A stretch of 63,987 bases of DNA, filler included, from Welwitschia mirabilis (taxonomy: Eukaryota): the NCBI GenBank assembly GCA_051453625.1. It is 7 parts of one record of this genome, joined end to end, with 100 filler letters (N's around TTAATTAATTAA, not from the genome) between each part and the next. Parts side by side here need not be neighbours in the genome. Positions count along the whole stretch, not along the records: positions 34,424 to 40,923 come from JBOZIK010000001.1; positions 41,024 to 50,869 come from JBOZIK010000001.1; positions 50,970 to 58,162 come from JBOZIK010000001.1; 4 more parts are not named here. One strand, written 5' to 3'. The translations under genes and the position numbers were made by a program. A model generated the notes under the pieces. The model was not told where the DNA came from. It saw nothing but the letters and a program-made list of their open reading frames with translations, and did no database searches. This document shows, piece by piece, positions 37,801-51,044 of the stretch. Positions within the stretch are counted from its first letter, which is position 1, and every line of letters begins with the position of its first letter.

Positions 37801-40592
37801 TATTATCCATCATATGTATTGAATAACCACTATCCAAGTACCATCTAGAATGCTCCTTTACTTTAAGAGTACTCTAAATAAGCAACCCTTTGATAGATTC
37901 CTTTTTAACCCATATTTGCTTGAAGAGAGGTTGATTATTCATTGCTTTTGGTTTCCACAAAAATCTATCACTTGTAGAATTAAAAAAAATTTCTTTTTGA
38001 TGGAACAAGAAAGTCTAGCATGCCCTAGGCATCCATAATAAAAACATCAAATATGGAAAGAATTTATTATTAGACTTCAAATCATACCTCTTGTGATCAA
38101 ATTTTATCTTGTTGGAGTAACATAAGGTAGTAGCATTGAGTTTCCTTGCATCCTTCAACTTCCTTGATAAAAAATAAATAGTTTTATTTGTACTTGTAAG
38201 ACTTTTAGTAGCCTTATCTAACTCTTAATTGGCTAAGTTAAGTTTATTTTGTAAAGACAATAATTCAGATCTTAAATCCCTACTTTTACAAGCTAAAACT
38301 TCATAATGAAAATATACTTGTTCATAACCTTCTTTAATATTTTCAGAATTTTCAGATATTACCTTGTTCTCATTAGAGATTGCATGATCATCCTTGGTAG
38401 TTGGTATGAAAGCCTACTCATTAATGATAACTACCAATCCACACTTCTCTTCTTCATTTTGAGATGTCTCTAAGACAAATTCTTGCTCATCATTCCAAGT
38501 AACTTTGAGGGCTTTCTTCCCTTTGATTTTGGCTTTTCATGTATTAGCACATTCCACTATTGTGTGTCCAAAGACCTTGCACTTAAAGCATTGTAGAGGT
38601 TTCTTATTTCTACCAAAGTTCTTGAAAGAATATTTCTTCTTAATATAATCCTCTTTTGCATTGAATCTTATTCTATTAAATTATTTTTGTCGTTTAAAAA
38701 TCTTCTGAAATTTCTAGTCAAAAGAACTAAATCCTCATCATCTTCTTCATTGCTAAAACTTTCTTTACATTGACTTGAATACTTCAAAGTAATATTCTTT
38801 GTCTTAGATCCCTCATCATCCATAGTTATAGCTTCATATGTAATTAATAATCCCTTGAACTCCTCTAGACTTATGTTATCTAGACTTTTCCTCTCTTTAA
38901 TCATAGTAATCTTAGGTTTAAAATGCTTGGTCAAGCTCATTAATATTTTTCTTACAATTCTTTGTTCTAGAATATTTTCTCTAAGTTCCAACATTGTATT
39001 CACAGTGTTCATAACCTTGGTTGTGTATTCAATGATAGATTCATGTTCTTCCATTCTAATATTTTTAAATTGATTTATTAAGAATTGTAATTTGGAATTT
39101 TTCATAGTACTCATACTTTCATGAGTGATCTCAAGGGTATCCTAGATTTCCTTTGTCAAGGAACACTGAATTACTCAGTTATACTTCTTTGAACTAAGGG
39201 CACAAATAAGTTCATTCATTATTTTTGCGTTGAGTCATGCTTTCTCCTTTGTTAACCGAACCAACATGCCAATGAAATAGTGGATTCAAAGTAACTACAT
39301 GCAATACTATTCCAAATTTTTAAATCAAGATATTTTAGAAATATTAAAAAATAGTTTAATCCATTAAAATAAGATGGGCTTAAGATCAAATGGCCTTCAT
39401 CAATGATAGATCCAATTTGATCACTCAAAGTGGTGAAGTTCTATCAAGAGTACCAGCCTCCATAACCAATTGAAATTCCTTGGAGGGGGCACTGAATAGG
39501 AATAATGATAAATTTTAAATCTAAAAACCTATTCTTAAATGAAATTAATTAGCTTTATAAATGAAAACTATATCTGAGAAAAAAAAGCAAAATAGGAAAA
39601 TAATCAGCCCACAAGATTTATAGTGATTTGACAATATGAGTACTCAACTTTTCAAAGAGTGATAAGATGTCATCTTCCTTGATTCTCTTATTCCTTTTAA
39701 ACTAATCATTTTCTAGCTGATCATTAATTCCTTATACAATAGTGATGATTTTCCAGGCTTATCATAAACCTCTCATACTTGAAGTCTTTCAAACGCTCAA
39801 ACTCAACCATAAAGAGAAGAGAAGAAATTGAGTTGTGCCTCAAGCATGGATGCAATAGATTAGGATATAATCCAAATGATTATATAAGATAGGATTACCA
39901 ATTATAAATAGATTATCAAAGATTGATTTCAGTTTACTTCACAAAATCATATATGCATTTGTTTTTCTATAACTTTAACAAAACAAGTTTTACACCTTTT
40001 AAAGAGAATGAAAAAATAGTTGTTGAAGGGAAACCCTAAATGATGATTTTAAGACATGATAATCTGATATCATAATCAAATTCATATTTTCAATGCAATT
40101 GGATGACATGCCACAAGATAATAGCCATTAAAAACCATTGCGCATTCACTTAAAGAAGACTATTTTTTTAATAGTTCAAAGGGAGGACATCCACCTTTAA
40201 AATTAGGCACATCCTCACTCCCAAGGGATAGGAATGAGAACATCCATCTTAGAAAGGATAGACATCCACACTTACCATAGGTGCAAAATGAAAAAAAGCC
40301 TAAATCAAGGAGGGATGTTTGAGCTGTTTCAAGTTGGGACGTTTACGTCTGAGAACTGTAAATCATGTTTCTTATAAGAAGAGGCAATGTTCACCCTATT
40401 TGAGTGGGGATGTCTGGCTCTAAGATCTTTCACAGATATATTTTTTCCATAAGTTAAGGGAATGTCCATCCTATTTTAAGTGGGAACATTTGCATGTAAA
40501 GGTTAACTTCTGAACATAACTATGATGAATGATTGTCATCTTCTCACTTGACTCTTATGACTATTGGCATCATTAAAATATTATACTTATAA
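34847..40592 (-). mobile_element. SIRE/Maximus-like Ty1/copia element with a large internal pol deletion and an extra (env-like) ORF remnant
   Basis: 5' LTR ~39471-40592 and degenerate PBS ~39456-39468. Gag KLQFLINQFKNIRMEE with knuckle CFKCKVFGHTIVEC; PR WYLDSGYSIHM; INT start LHLDLVG; short RT remnant EFEMRMHGELNFFL; extra ORF ~35250-36240; several PPT-like tracts at 34850-34935. Confidence 0.8.
35250..36240 (-). pseudogene. Post-pol extra ORF of the SIRE-like element ('putative plant transposon protein'/env-like)
   Basis: FYCNDF...SNLHGIEIEIDLEMI and NLSHLILQNM...LPYGGLITKM motifs; boundaries approximate. Confidence 0.6.
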
Positions 40593-40599
40593 TAAGTAC

Positions 40600-40923
40600 T
40601 TTTACTGATTATTTATCTAAAAAATTTTATTATAGGTTTTTTAAATCATTTTTAAGGCTATCATCTCCCTATTATCTGGATGACACTTAGACAATTGTAT
40701 GACCAGTTCTTCAATTAGGTCAAACATTTAGTTTTTTAATTTTTCATAATTTAATCTATAACTCTAAAATTTCTAAAAAATTTTCTTAGATAATTTCTTT
40801 AATATCTTAGTTGTTTTTATTATTGAATAAGTTTGCTCACAATTACAATTTACTATCTAGTTTTGTTAGGGACTGATAAGGCTAAGTGGAGGGCTATGTT
40901 GTGCTACCAACTTGCATATATTT
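40600..40923 (+). mobile_element. Athila-like 3' UTR, PPT and start of 3' LTR
   Basis: GGGACTGATAAGGCTAAGTGGAGGGCTA followed by TGTTGTG at 40897. The same arrangement is inverted at 63831-63880. Confidence 0.65.
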
Positions 40924-41059
40924 NNNNNNNNNNNNNNNNNNNNNNNNNNNNNNNNNNNNNNNNNNNNTTAATTAATTAANNNNNNNNNNNNNNNNNNNNN
41001 NNNNNNNNNNNNNNNNNNNNNNNACTAAATAAGTAACATTCATAAGTTTAAAATAAGAA

Positions 41060-41310
41060 AAGAGGGTGTTATATTTTTGGATATCAAAGTGTTCAAGTAA
41101 GTTTGAAGTTTTCAAAATTAGCATTTTTGAAGTATTACAAAGTTTCAAAGATAAAGATTTCCAACTATAGAATTTGGGGTGTCACATTTTGGTATCAAAG
41201 CATCGAGTTTGAAGATTTTCAACGGTAGAGTTTTAGGACATTACATTTTGGTATCAGAGCATTAAGTCTTGAAGTTTTACAACTATTTAAAATTTGGACT
41301 CTACAATTGA
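41060..41310 (+). repeat. Short tandem array of chromovirus LTR-end plus Met-PBS units (~59 bp)
   Basis: GGGTGTTATA-TTTTTGGATATCAAAG (~41064), GGGGTGTCACA-TTTTGGTATCAAAGC (~41176) and GGACATTACA-TTTTGGTATCAGAGC (~41236), each followed by TGAAG(A/T)TTT. Confidence 0.7.
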
Positions 41311-41403
41311 GGAGAAGAATGTCATTCCTAAAGGTAATTTATAAGAGAAATATGCCTTAGTGATAAGACAAATATTCCTTTTAAGAGAATACTAGAAGGC
41401 CTA

Positions 41404-41427
41404 TGTGTGTGTGTGTGTGTGTGTGTG
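41404..41427. repeat. (TG)12 microsatellite
   Basis: Direct reading. Confidence 0.95.
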
Positions 41428-42852
41428 TATAATATTATCAAACAAATTCTCCATCATATTAATCCCCATTAAGGATTTAAGGAACATTTAAAAGAAATTA
41501 AGTTAGTTTCTAAATCACAAGACAACTCTTTTAAGAGGCTTATTTGGAGCATAAACTAAGGAAACTTTTTAAGAAGCTTTGTTTGAAGTATAAATGAAGA
41601 TTAAAAAAAAAAGAATTTAGCTAAATTGGTTCTATGAATTATGATCATTTTAAATTACTTTAGAGTGATAATGTGTGTAAATAATAATAAAATAATAACC
41701 TATACTAGTACATTTTTTGTTGTTAATGTTACAAGATTTTTAGTAAATCAATTTCCTATAAAAGTCATTTATTCCTTAGAGGTTTTACCTTTTACTAGTA
41801 GTATAAACTTAGGGAATAAGAAATGTTACTCATAAAATCCCTACCTATTCTTATTCAAAGAATTTTTGTAAGCCTTTAGACATTTTAAGAATATATAATC
41901 GTGAACATGTAGGGAATTAGACCTCATCTTATTAAATAAATTAACTATTAGATTATAGTTAATGCCTATGTAATTATCATAGTTTTATTCTAAAATCTAA
42001 AAATAATTATAGGAGTAAATCCTCCTTTAAGGATTATGTTATATTAGAAGTGTTTTTATTAAAAGACTTTGTTTTCTTTAAAGATCCATTAGAACTTGAT
42101 CCTATGTGATTTCACCATTTTGAAGTTTTCTACATTTAACTACTTTTTTTCTTTATAGCATCATTTCAAAGAGAAACACGTATCTTTTATGCAATTAAAG
42201 ACTTTCTACATAAAAGAGCATTAAAGTTTTTGATTTATTAGTTAAACAAAATAAATTTTTTTTTAGTATTATATGATTTTTATGAATAAAAGAAGTAGAT
42301 TATACAAATACAAATCATCCAAAAGGATGATTTTTAGCTTTGTTCTTATGAATTTCATTAGTTAAATACTCACTTTATAAGAGGGAATAATTATTAGATG
42401 AATGACCTTTTCTACGGTAATAATTTAAAGTAAAACCTCTTGTTGATGGATAAAAAACCAGTTTTAAGGGATACAGGTTTCTTTTTGTTATTTAATTCTA
42501 TATCATTGAGATACCTTATTTTAGTTTTAAGTAAGAAATAAACATTTGACTATCAATCATAATTTTAAGAAACTTCATAATATTAAGTTCAAATTTCTTA
42601 AAAATAAAAGATAAATTTTAGAACCCCATCAAATAGGATAAATAAAAGTGTTCAAAAGAGCTAATATCAAAATTTTATTTTAATCATTAAAATATTAAGA
42701 TAATTTAAGTATTTTTATAAAAAAACTACATAAAAAAATATGTTTCTTTACTATACAGATTTCATTGAACCTAATGAATAAAAATATTTTATAGATACGA
42801 CTATAATATTATAATGTGATATAATTCAATTTATATGTTCTAAGAAGAATGT

Positions 42853-45350
42853 TGTTGCACTGCGAAATTGTATGTATTTGATAGGATGTTTTTAGTAGTT
42901 TTGTAAAACATTATATAGGTTTATGCTAAGTTTAGATGATAATGGAGATCTAAAGCAAATGTCATGAAAACATGTGATCTTCATTATATTTGACAACATT
43001 TAAAGCAATTTATAGCACTTTTCATCTAATGCAATAGTCATATAATCAAAAAGGTTAATATGATACAAGAAATACTTTATGAAAGCCCATTATCTATTAA
43101 TCATCTAGATGATCATACAGATGATAGAAATACTTAAGTTAAGAAGGATGCTTACTAGATCAATCTAGTAGCTGGTGTGAAACTCATGTGATATGGCACC
43201 ATCTTATGTAATGTCTAGACAATCAACAGAATAACGCTTGAAATAAATACTTCACTAAACTTCACCAAACTCTNNNNNNNNNNNNNNNNNNNNNNNNNNN
43301 NNNNNNNNNNNNNNNNNNNNNNNNNNNNNNNNNNNNNNNNNNNNNNNNNNNNNNNNNNNNNNNNNNNNNNNNNNNNNNNNNNNNNNNNNNNNNNNNNNNN
43401 NNNNNNNNNNNNNNNNNNNNNNNNNNNNNNNNNNNNNNNNNNNNNNNNNNNNNNNNNNNNNNNNNNNNNNNNNNNNNNNNNNNNNNNNNNNNNNNNNNNN
43501 NNNNNNNNNNNNNNNNNNNNNNNNNNNNNNNNNNNNNNNNNNNNNNNNNNNNNNNNNNNNNNNNNNNNNNNNNNNNNNNNNNNNNNNNNNNNNNNNNNNN
43601 NNNNNNNNNNNNNNNNNNNNNNNNNNNNNNNNNNNNNNNNNNNNNNNNNNNNNNNNNNNNNNNNNNNNNNNNNNNNNNNNNNNNNNNNNNNNNNNNNNNN
43701 NNNNNNNNNNNNNNNNNNNNNNNNNNNNNNNNNNNNNNNNNNNNNNNNNNNNNNNNNNNNNNNNNNNNNNNNNNNNNNNNNNNNNNNNNNNNNNNNNNNN
43801 NNNNNNNNNNNNNNNNNNNNAATATCTCCTATGCTCTCAACTCCACTTTATCTTCATTTGCATAGGAAATTCTTGTGATAAGAAATTAAATAATTAGAGG
43901 TTCATTCATTATTATTACAAAGAGACGTCTTCCTTATTTTTGAACTATGTATCCTTCATTGAGGTGCTATTGCTTTATAACATGGATGTTGGTTCACTTG
44001 TAATTAAAACTCTATTTTTTTTTCATATCTTTTATTTTGTGCATCTTTCTTATTGTTTATGATACCTCTGATTTTGTGACATCTTCTTTGATGATATAGA
44101 TCATGAGGAAACCTTTATTAAGGTTGATATTATTAGTTTAGTTGAATTGCATTTCATTTCTTAGATGAATTTTGCATTGTTTTCATGTTCTATTCAATGC
44201 ACTTAATAGCTTAAGNNNNNNNNNNNNNNNNNNNNNNNNNNNNNNNNNNNNNNNNNNNNNNNNNNNNNNNNNNNNNNNNNNNNNNNNNNNNNNNNNNNNN
44301 NNNNNNNNNNNNNNNNNNNNNNNNNNNNNNNNNNNNNNNNNNNNNNNNNNNNNNNNNNNNNNNNNNNNNNNNNNNNNNNNNNNNNNNNNNNNNNNNNNNN
44401 NNNNNNNNNNNNNNNNNNNNNNNNNNNNNNNNNNNNNNNNNNNNNNNNNNNNNNNNNNNNNNNNNNNNNNNNNNNNNNNNNNNNNNNNNNNNNNNNNNNN
44501 NNNNNNNNNNNNNNNNNNNNNNNNNNNNNNNNNNNNNNNNNNNNNNNNNNNNNNNNNNNNNNNNNNNNNNNNNNNNNNNNNNNNNNNNNNNNNNNNNNNN
44601 NNNNNNNNNNNNNNNNNNNNNNNNNNNNNNNNNNNNNNNNNNNNNNNNNNNNNNNNNNNNNNNNNNNNNNNNNNNNNNNNNNNNNNNNNNNNNNNNNNNN
44701 NNNNNNNNNNNNNNNNNNNNNNNNNNNNNNNNNNNNNNNNNNNNNNNNNNNNNNNNNNNNNNNNCACTTGCATAGTGCATTTGTATTATTATTTTTTTAT
44801 TGTTACTTTGTTCTACTTTAAAGTTAGATAGTATTTCATTTTTTAAATTAATTCTCTTTCTTCTCCTCTATGCCTTCAATGAGATTATGACATTTGAGTC
44901 ACTCCCATCTATATTAGTGTGTTTTATTATACAAAACCTATATATATTTGTGATTTATAGGATTTATTTAAGAACATAATATTTACACAAATATGCATTA
45001 CAACATCTTAACATCATTACTTAGAAGGCTACTTAGAGTTTGAGGATTATCATTACTCAAGTAAGTGCTTGGATTTTGATTCAAGTATTTATCTACAATA
45101 GTATTATGTTCTTATAATAGAAACATAGGTTTTTATTTCCATAGTTTTTGTTTTGCATTCTTAAATAAATGCTCTATTGTACCCCTAATCGTCTAGATAA
45201 TCTGTGACAATGATAGCTTGTATATCTTAGGTTTTTGATTTTTCTTAAGAACTAGGGTCTTTTTCTTATTCTCCTTGTCATCCAAATAACTTAGCGGACA
45301 ATCATCTATTTTTATTCTTTGTTATTTCATGATTCTATTTTTCTACATTT
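42853..45350 (+). mobile_element. Athila-like LTR (gapped) with degenerate PBS and 5' UTR
   Basis: Starts TGTTGC at 42853 and ends TTACAACA at 45005. Followed by a PBS-like sequence and GAAGGCTACTT, as after the 22162 LTR. Confidence 0.65.
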
Positions 45351-45900
45351 TNNNNNNNNNNNNNNNNNNNNNNNNNNNNNNNNNNNNNNNNNNNNNNNNN
45401 NNNNNNNNNNNNNNNNNNNNNNNNNNNNNNNNNNNNNNNNNNNNNNNNNNNATTAATTTTAAAATTTAAGTAAATTATCTAAATTTAGGTATGTTTCTCT
45501 CTCCCTCTTTTTTTTTTCAAAAATTTTTTCTTCTATTTTTGAGCCTTTCAACATGTAGTTTTCACATATTTATCTAGTTTTTTGCACTCTTCTATTTGGG
45601 ACTTACAGATCTAGTTTTCATTATGTATTTTATAACTTATGATGAATTATGCACTTTATAAGGTAGAATTACATTTTTAACTTTACAACTCATTTTCTTA
45701 TAAACCCTAAAGTAAAATGTAGTGGTCCTTTAGGGAAAATTGATGATTATGATATACTCTACATTTCTAGTGGATTAGATTTTTCGTTTGAGTACTTTCC
45801 TTTTTTACTTTATATAGGGCCCACCTAAAATACATGTTTTAACGTTTTCGCATGTTTCATGTTTTTTTTTCACATGACTAGGTAATATGGGACATATTAA

Positions 45901-48900
45901 TAATAGGATCGAGAACCCTAAAGGGGGGAGGAGGGGAGGGTTGAATAGGTTCTTCAAAATTTTAATAATTAATCTAAAAGAAAACAATCTTAAATGAAAC
46001 TTGCATACATTAACTAAATTATTCTGGGAAGTGCTCAAAATGATAAAATACTGAAATAAAGAATCAAAATAGAAATCACAAAATGCAATTTAGATTTATA
46101 GTGGTTTAGAAAACTCTCCTACTCTACTTTCAATAATCAACTTCTCCCAAGATAGATCTTGGATCTCTATTACTTCTCCAAGTATTCTAGATTTACCTGT
46201 AACCTTTACAAATGGACTTTTCTAGGCTAAGTCTCAACCTATAGAATATACTTTTCAAGGCTTAGTCTCAAACTTTGGCAACAAACCTTTTAAGGCTTAG
46301 TCTCAGCCTTTAGCAATCTGAGTAGTGATGTAGTGATGCCTCAAAAACATAGATATCACTCGTTCTGAAATTAGTATAATAGATGGTGCTCTTCTCCTGG
46401 AGAAGTACAATCAATGAAGCTCTAGATCTGACTTTGAATGAAGTAAGTATGTCAATAGTAGATTTCATCTAGTTATAAATGTAGATGCCAAGATATAATA
46501 ACAATAGAAACACCAAAGCACAACTAGATCTTTTAGATCTAATAGATTAGGCCAAAAAAAAGTGGTTTCAAAAGATTAATTGGTTATCTATGGCTTAACT
46601 ATTTATAATGGAAGGCTATTAGGGTTTAATACATTTGAATTGCATCTTTAATGACTATAAACAACTAGAAAATGACTACCTAATGGCTAGATAATGGATA
46701 CATAATGTTTAAAAAAATTTCTTTCCTACTTTATCCAATCGACCCCATGAAAATCCGGTTGACCCCATGTAGTAACGTAAGTTACATAGGTTACCTAAGA
46801 AAAATATTCAGTCACCTTAAGTTTTTACATATCCCTATCTGGTTGACCCCATCTAGGTCTGATCAACCCTATTATGATCAACCCATTGTCTCTCAGTCTA
46901 GGAATACTATCTATCAGGTCCTCAAATCTGGTTAACCCCATGAAAGTCTAGTCGATCCCTTTCCATTTGATTTAGGGACACTGATTCTCCAAGTTACAGT
47001 TATGGTTGACCCCATAAAAATGTGATAGACCCCTTTAGATATAGCTCAGTTTCCTTTGATAGCTTTAAGTGTGGTTAACGCCTTAAGGATTCAATTGGTC
47101 CCTCTGGAGGATGAATGAATAAATAGGCTTTTGGTCCATATTTTAGTTTCATCTTTTAACTTGCAAAAACCTTAATATCTTTTGCATAAAGTATACAAAA
47201 TTGGCTATACAAAAGATATTATTTTAAAATCAATTAACGAAATATAATTTAACAATATCCCCCTTTAACATTGATGGCAAACAAATACTTAGTTATAATA
47301 AAATTAAAACTCATAGAAAAAATAACCCTTACAAAATGCTTATTTACAAAGTAATAATTCAAATTGAGATAAGTTAAGGAATTTTAAACAAACAATATTT
47401 TGTGCTTTGCATGTAAGTAATTTAATATGCACAATTTAGGAATTAAAAAGGCACAACTTTATGATAGTCATATAGTTATAATGTGATAAAGAACACTTAT
47501 TTAATTAGATGATACAAACATTTTGGTTTATTTCCAAATATTATAATGATTTTAAGCTTTAAAAAATAAGTACATATAATATCAAACTACGAAATGAGAT
47601 ATATCAAATGACATAAAGATTATACTAAAATAGATAATTGCATTACATTATGAGTAAAACATTGCAATTCTAACATGCAGGGATTACAAAATAAAAGTGC
47701 TCATCAAGAGTGTACAACTAAAATTTAACAGACAAATACAAAAAAAAAGAACTAATTCTTCCCCTTTTGACATTAATAACAAAGAAGAGAATACAAAACA
47801 TAATTTGAAATAAATTATTTCAATCGAAATCCTTCTCCTCCTTTTCTTCTTCTTTTTTAGAGTCTTCCTCTAATTCTTCTTCATCTGCTCCTGTGTGAGT
47901 AGATCTAGTAGCCTCTACTAAGGTATTTGCAATATCATATCCAACTATAATAAGGACTTCTTTCATATGTATAGTATGAGAGTCAAGCTATCTCAGATAT
48001 GAGAGAGTCTCATTAGGAGAGGCTTCCTTAGGAGTAGCAGTAGGATATTTCTTAGAGGAGGTAAAGATATGCATATGAGACAAGGTTGCACATCCAATAG
48101 ATAACATAGGCTAAAGAGTTTCCAACTTAGAATGGAAGCTGACTTAAAAATGATAGCCAATGCTAGTGATAAGCACAGAGTAGAGTAAAGCCCTAGTTTT
48201 TTGATACTTTAACTGTAAGGCCATATTCTTTAGTATTATCGTATGCATTAATATAATTCTCAATTCCTATCAAGTACATCAAATAGGCTTGATAGCTGGA
48301 GGCCTTGTCATAATAGCTAGCTAAAGGTAAGAAGTTATAGATGAAAATTAAATGAAAAAAATGATATTTAGGAGTCAATAAAAAATTAGACAAGGTGTGC
48401 TTCCAAGTGTGAAACCTACCACAAAGCTCCTTGATAATCATAGGCTTATCTTCCATTGTGTCTCTAAGAGGTTAAAACTCCTTATAGTCCCTCCTTAGAA
48501 GATTAGTCAATTAAGAGATGATATTTGTAGTTACTCTTATTCTCTTTTCCAAAAAAAGGGTTTCTAGAGTTCTAGATTTATGATTAAAAGAGGCATTACA
48601 CTAAAACATTCTAGTAAGAAAAGGATAAGCTAAACTTAAAACATCTAAAAAATGATCAAGATCTTATTCTCTCAGGAGTTAGATGACTTTCCTGAGTTCT
48701 TTGAGCTCTGAGGTAGCTATAGATCACTTTTGGCACATAGATTTCTTCTCAAAATTCTTAGAAAAATTGTCAATATCTTCTTCTGACATTCCTTGATAGA
48801 AGATTACTAGATTCCTAGAGGAAGAGTTCTTTACTCTTCTCTTGAATGAGCTTTCAGCCAATCTAGGACTCTTACAAGAAAAAGGACTAAGAAAATCATT

Positions 48901-50869
48901 AGATTTGGAAGTAAGCGCTCTGGATCTTTAAAGAAAATCACTAGATATGAGAGCTAAAGAGGGCTAGAATACAAGAAATCAAGTTAGGATTATATCTCTT
49001 TTATAGACTAAGGGAAATAAGGTAAAATGAAAAAAGAAATCAGGTTCACTAACTATACTTCCACACTGTAATCTATCAGGTTTGATCGACCCTTCAAGGT
49101 TTTGATTGACATGTCAAGACGTAGGTCTATAGTACTAGAAGGGATCCGAGTGAATGAGCTCTTAGTCTAGTCGATCGACTACATTCAGTTGACCGAATCA
49201 TAGATCTAATCGACTACCTTACAATCAGCCAAGGAATATTGACTTAACTCCTAGATCATTTTCATGATTAACAAATTGATTATAGACATGAGGTGTTACA
49301 TCAGAATTTGCTAGAAAACATTTAATTCTATCAAAAATTAGCCTACCATCATGATTTTCATGGAATAATTGATCAATCAAATTAATATATAATCTATAAG
49401 TATTATTAACATGTTTTGCAAAAAAAATAAAAACATTTATTTGTTCATCTACAACATTGCATTTCGATTTTTCAAAGATTACTTTGTGACCTTTGTCACA
49501 TAATTGAATCACACTTAATAAGATATATTTTAATCCTTTGACATAAAGCACATCGTCAGGTTTAGGTAACTTACCTCTCTTGATGTACCTAGTACCTTCT
49601 ATTTTTGTTGTTTCATTATTTTCAAAGATGAATTCTCCTCCGTTTATGCTCTTTAGATATTAAAGACTTGATTTCTCTCCTAACATATGCCTTGAGAAAT
49701 CACTATCTAAATACTAACTATTCATACATAATCCTTTGTAAGCTATCTATGTCAAAAAACTTTGAAGATTATTAGCTTTAACCCACTTAATCCTATTAAA
49801 TTTAGGTAATATACTTTTATTAGAAATAAATTTAAAAGGCAAGGTATTTATATGTTTAGAGAAAAGCATTAATTATCTAAATTTACGAAAAGAATTTGAA
49901 TAAATAAGTTTTCCACAAAAATTACGCAAAAGATTAGGCACATACTTACTTTTCTGGTTTACTTGGTCTTGTGATTTTTGTGACCTAAAGCTAATACCTA
50001 TTTTATCTTCAATGGGCTTTTGTACTTCAAGCATCTATTCCAATTTAGAAGAGGTATCGAAAAATTTATTTACAAAAAAAAGATCTCTTACTTGAGAAAT
50101 TAATTTAATATTGTTATATTTGAGCACATTATATTTCTTCTACTTCCTTGTTTTCTTTGATAATAGACTTCATTGTTTTGTTCAACTCATTTACTTTCTT
50201 AACTATCTTTTCACACTCCCCCTACAACTCTTGACATGTATCTTCTAACTCATCCTCTTCTTCATTGATCATATCCAAATCATCGAGAATTGATGTGCTA
50301 GGAACATCTGAAAGTGATGGCATAAAATTTATAAAAGATAATCTTATATCTCGGTCTAATTCATGATTTGAATAGTTTTCCTCATCCTCATCATTTTCAT
50401 TATCCCATGTAGTTATGAATAAGGTATTCTTTGACTTCTTATTATCTGTCTTAGTGTTAGGACATCCATTAGCTGTATGTCCAAATCCTTTGCCTGAGTA
50501 GCATTGGATTTCTTTTTCCTTTTCTTTCTCCCTTCTTTGTTTTGAATGACTTTTCTTTCCATTCATACTTGATTCTCCTTTCTTTTTCTTCCTATGAAGA
50601 AATTTTCTGAATCTTTTGGCTAAAAGAGCCACTTCATCATCATCAAATTCCTTATCTGATATATCAGATCTATAGTCTTCTTGCACACATTTTAAAGTAA
50701 TACATTTTCATTTATATTTAACAAATTTAAGCTTATAGGTTTGCAAATTACCTTAAAGTTCTTCCAATGCCATTGCATTAATACTCTTACTCTCTTGGAT
50801 GATTGTAACCTTCAGTTTGAATCTCTTGGATAGAGATCTCAAAATCTTTCTTACCACTTTTATTTCCTC
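45901..50869 (-). mobile_element. SIRE/Maximus-like Ty1/copia derivative: gag-PR, extra region, multiple PPTs and 3' LTR; INT/RT not seen
   Basis: 3' LTR ~45901-47254 (GGGTTGAATAGG and TTTATAGTGGTT motifs); PPTs at 47255-47266 and ~47757. PR *YLDSDFSRHM ~49685-49717 and LYVKGLKYILLSVIQLCDKG; gag VALLAKRFRKFL and CYSGKGFGHTANGC. Confidence 0.8.
46735..47105. repeat. Dispersed GGT(T/C)GACCC-type palindromic motifs in the SIRE-like LTR
   Basis: At least 8 variants (ATCGACCCC, GGTTGACCCC, GGTTAACCCC, GTCGATCCC). Related motifs recur at 49080-49218. Confidence 0.7.
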
Positions 50870-50969
50870 NNNNNNNNNNNNNNNNNNNNNNNNNNNNNNN
50901 NNNNNNNNNNNNNTTAATTAATTAANNNNNNNNNNNNNNNNNNNNNNNNNNNNNNNNNNNNNNNNNNNN

Positions 50970-51044
50970 GGTTCCGTTGTGCATGATAGTTAATAACGAA
51001 AAAAAATTATGGTTAATTAGGGTAATTAAAGTTGGGGTGTTACA
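50970..51044. repeat. Chromovirus-type LTR terminus abutting or inserted in a SIRE-like LTR
   Basis: Ends GGGGTGTTACA at 51044; the sequence immediately after aligns to the middle of LTR 54198-55316. Confidence 0.55.
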
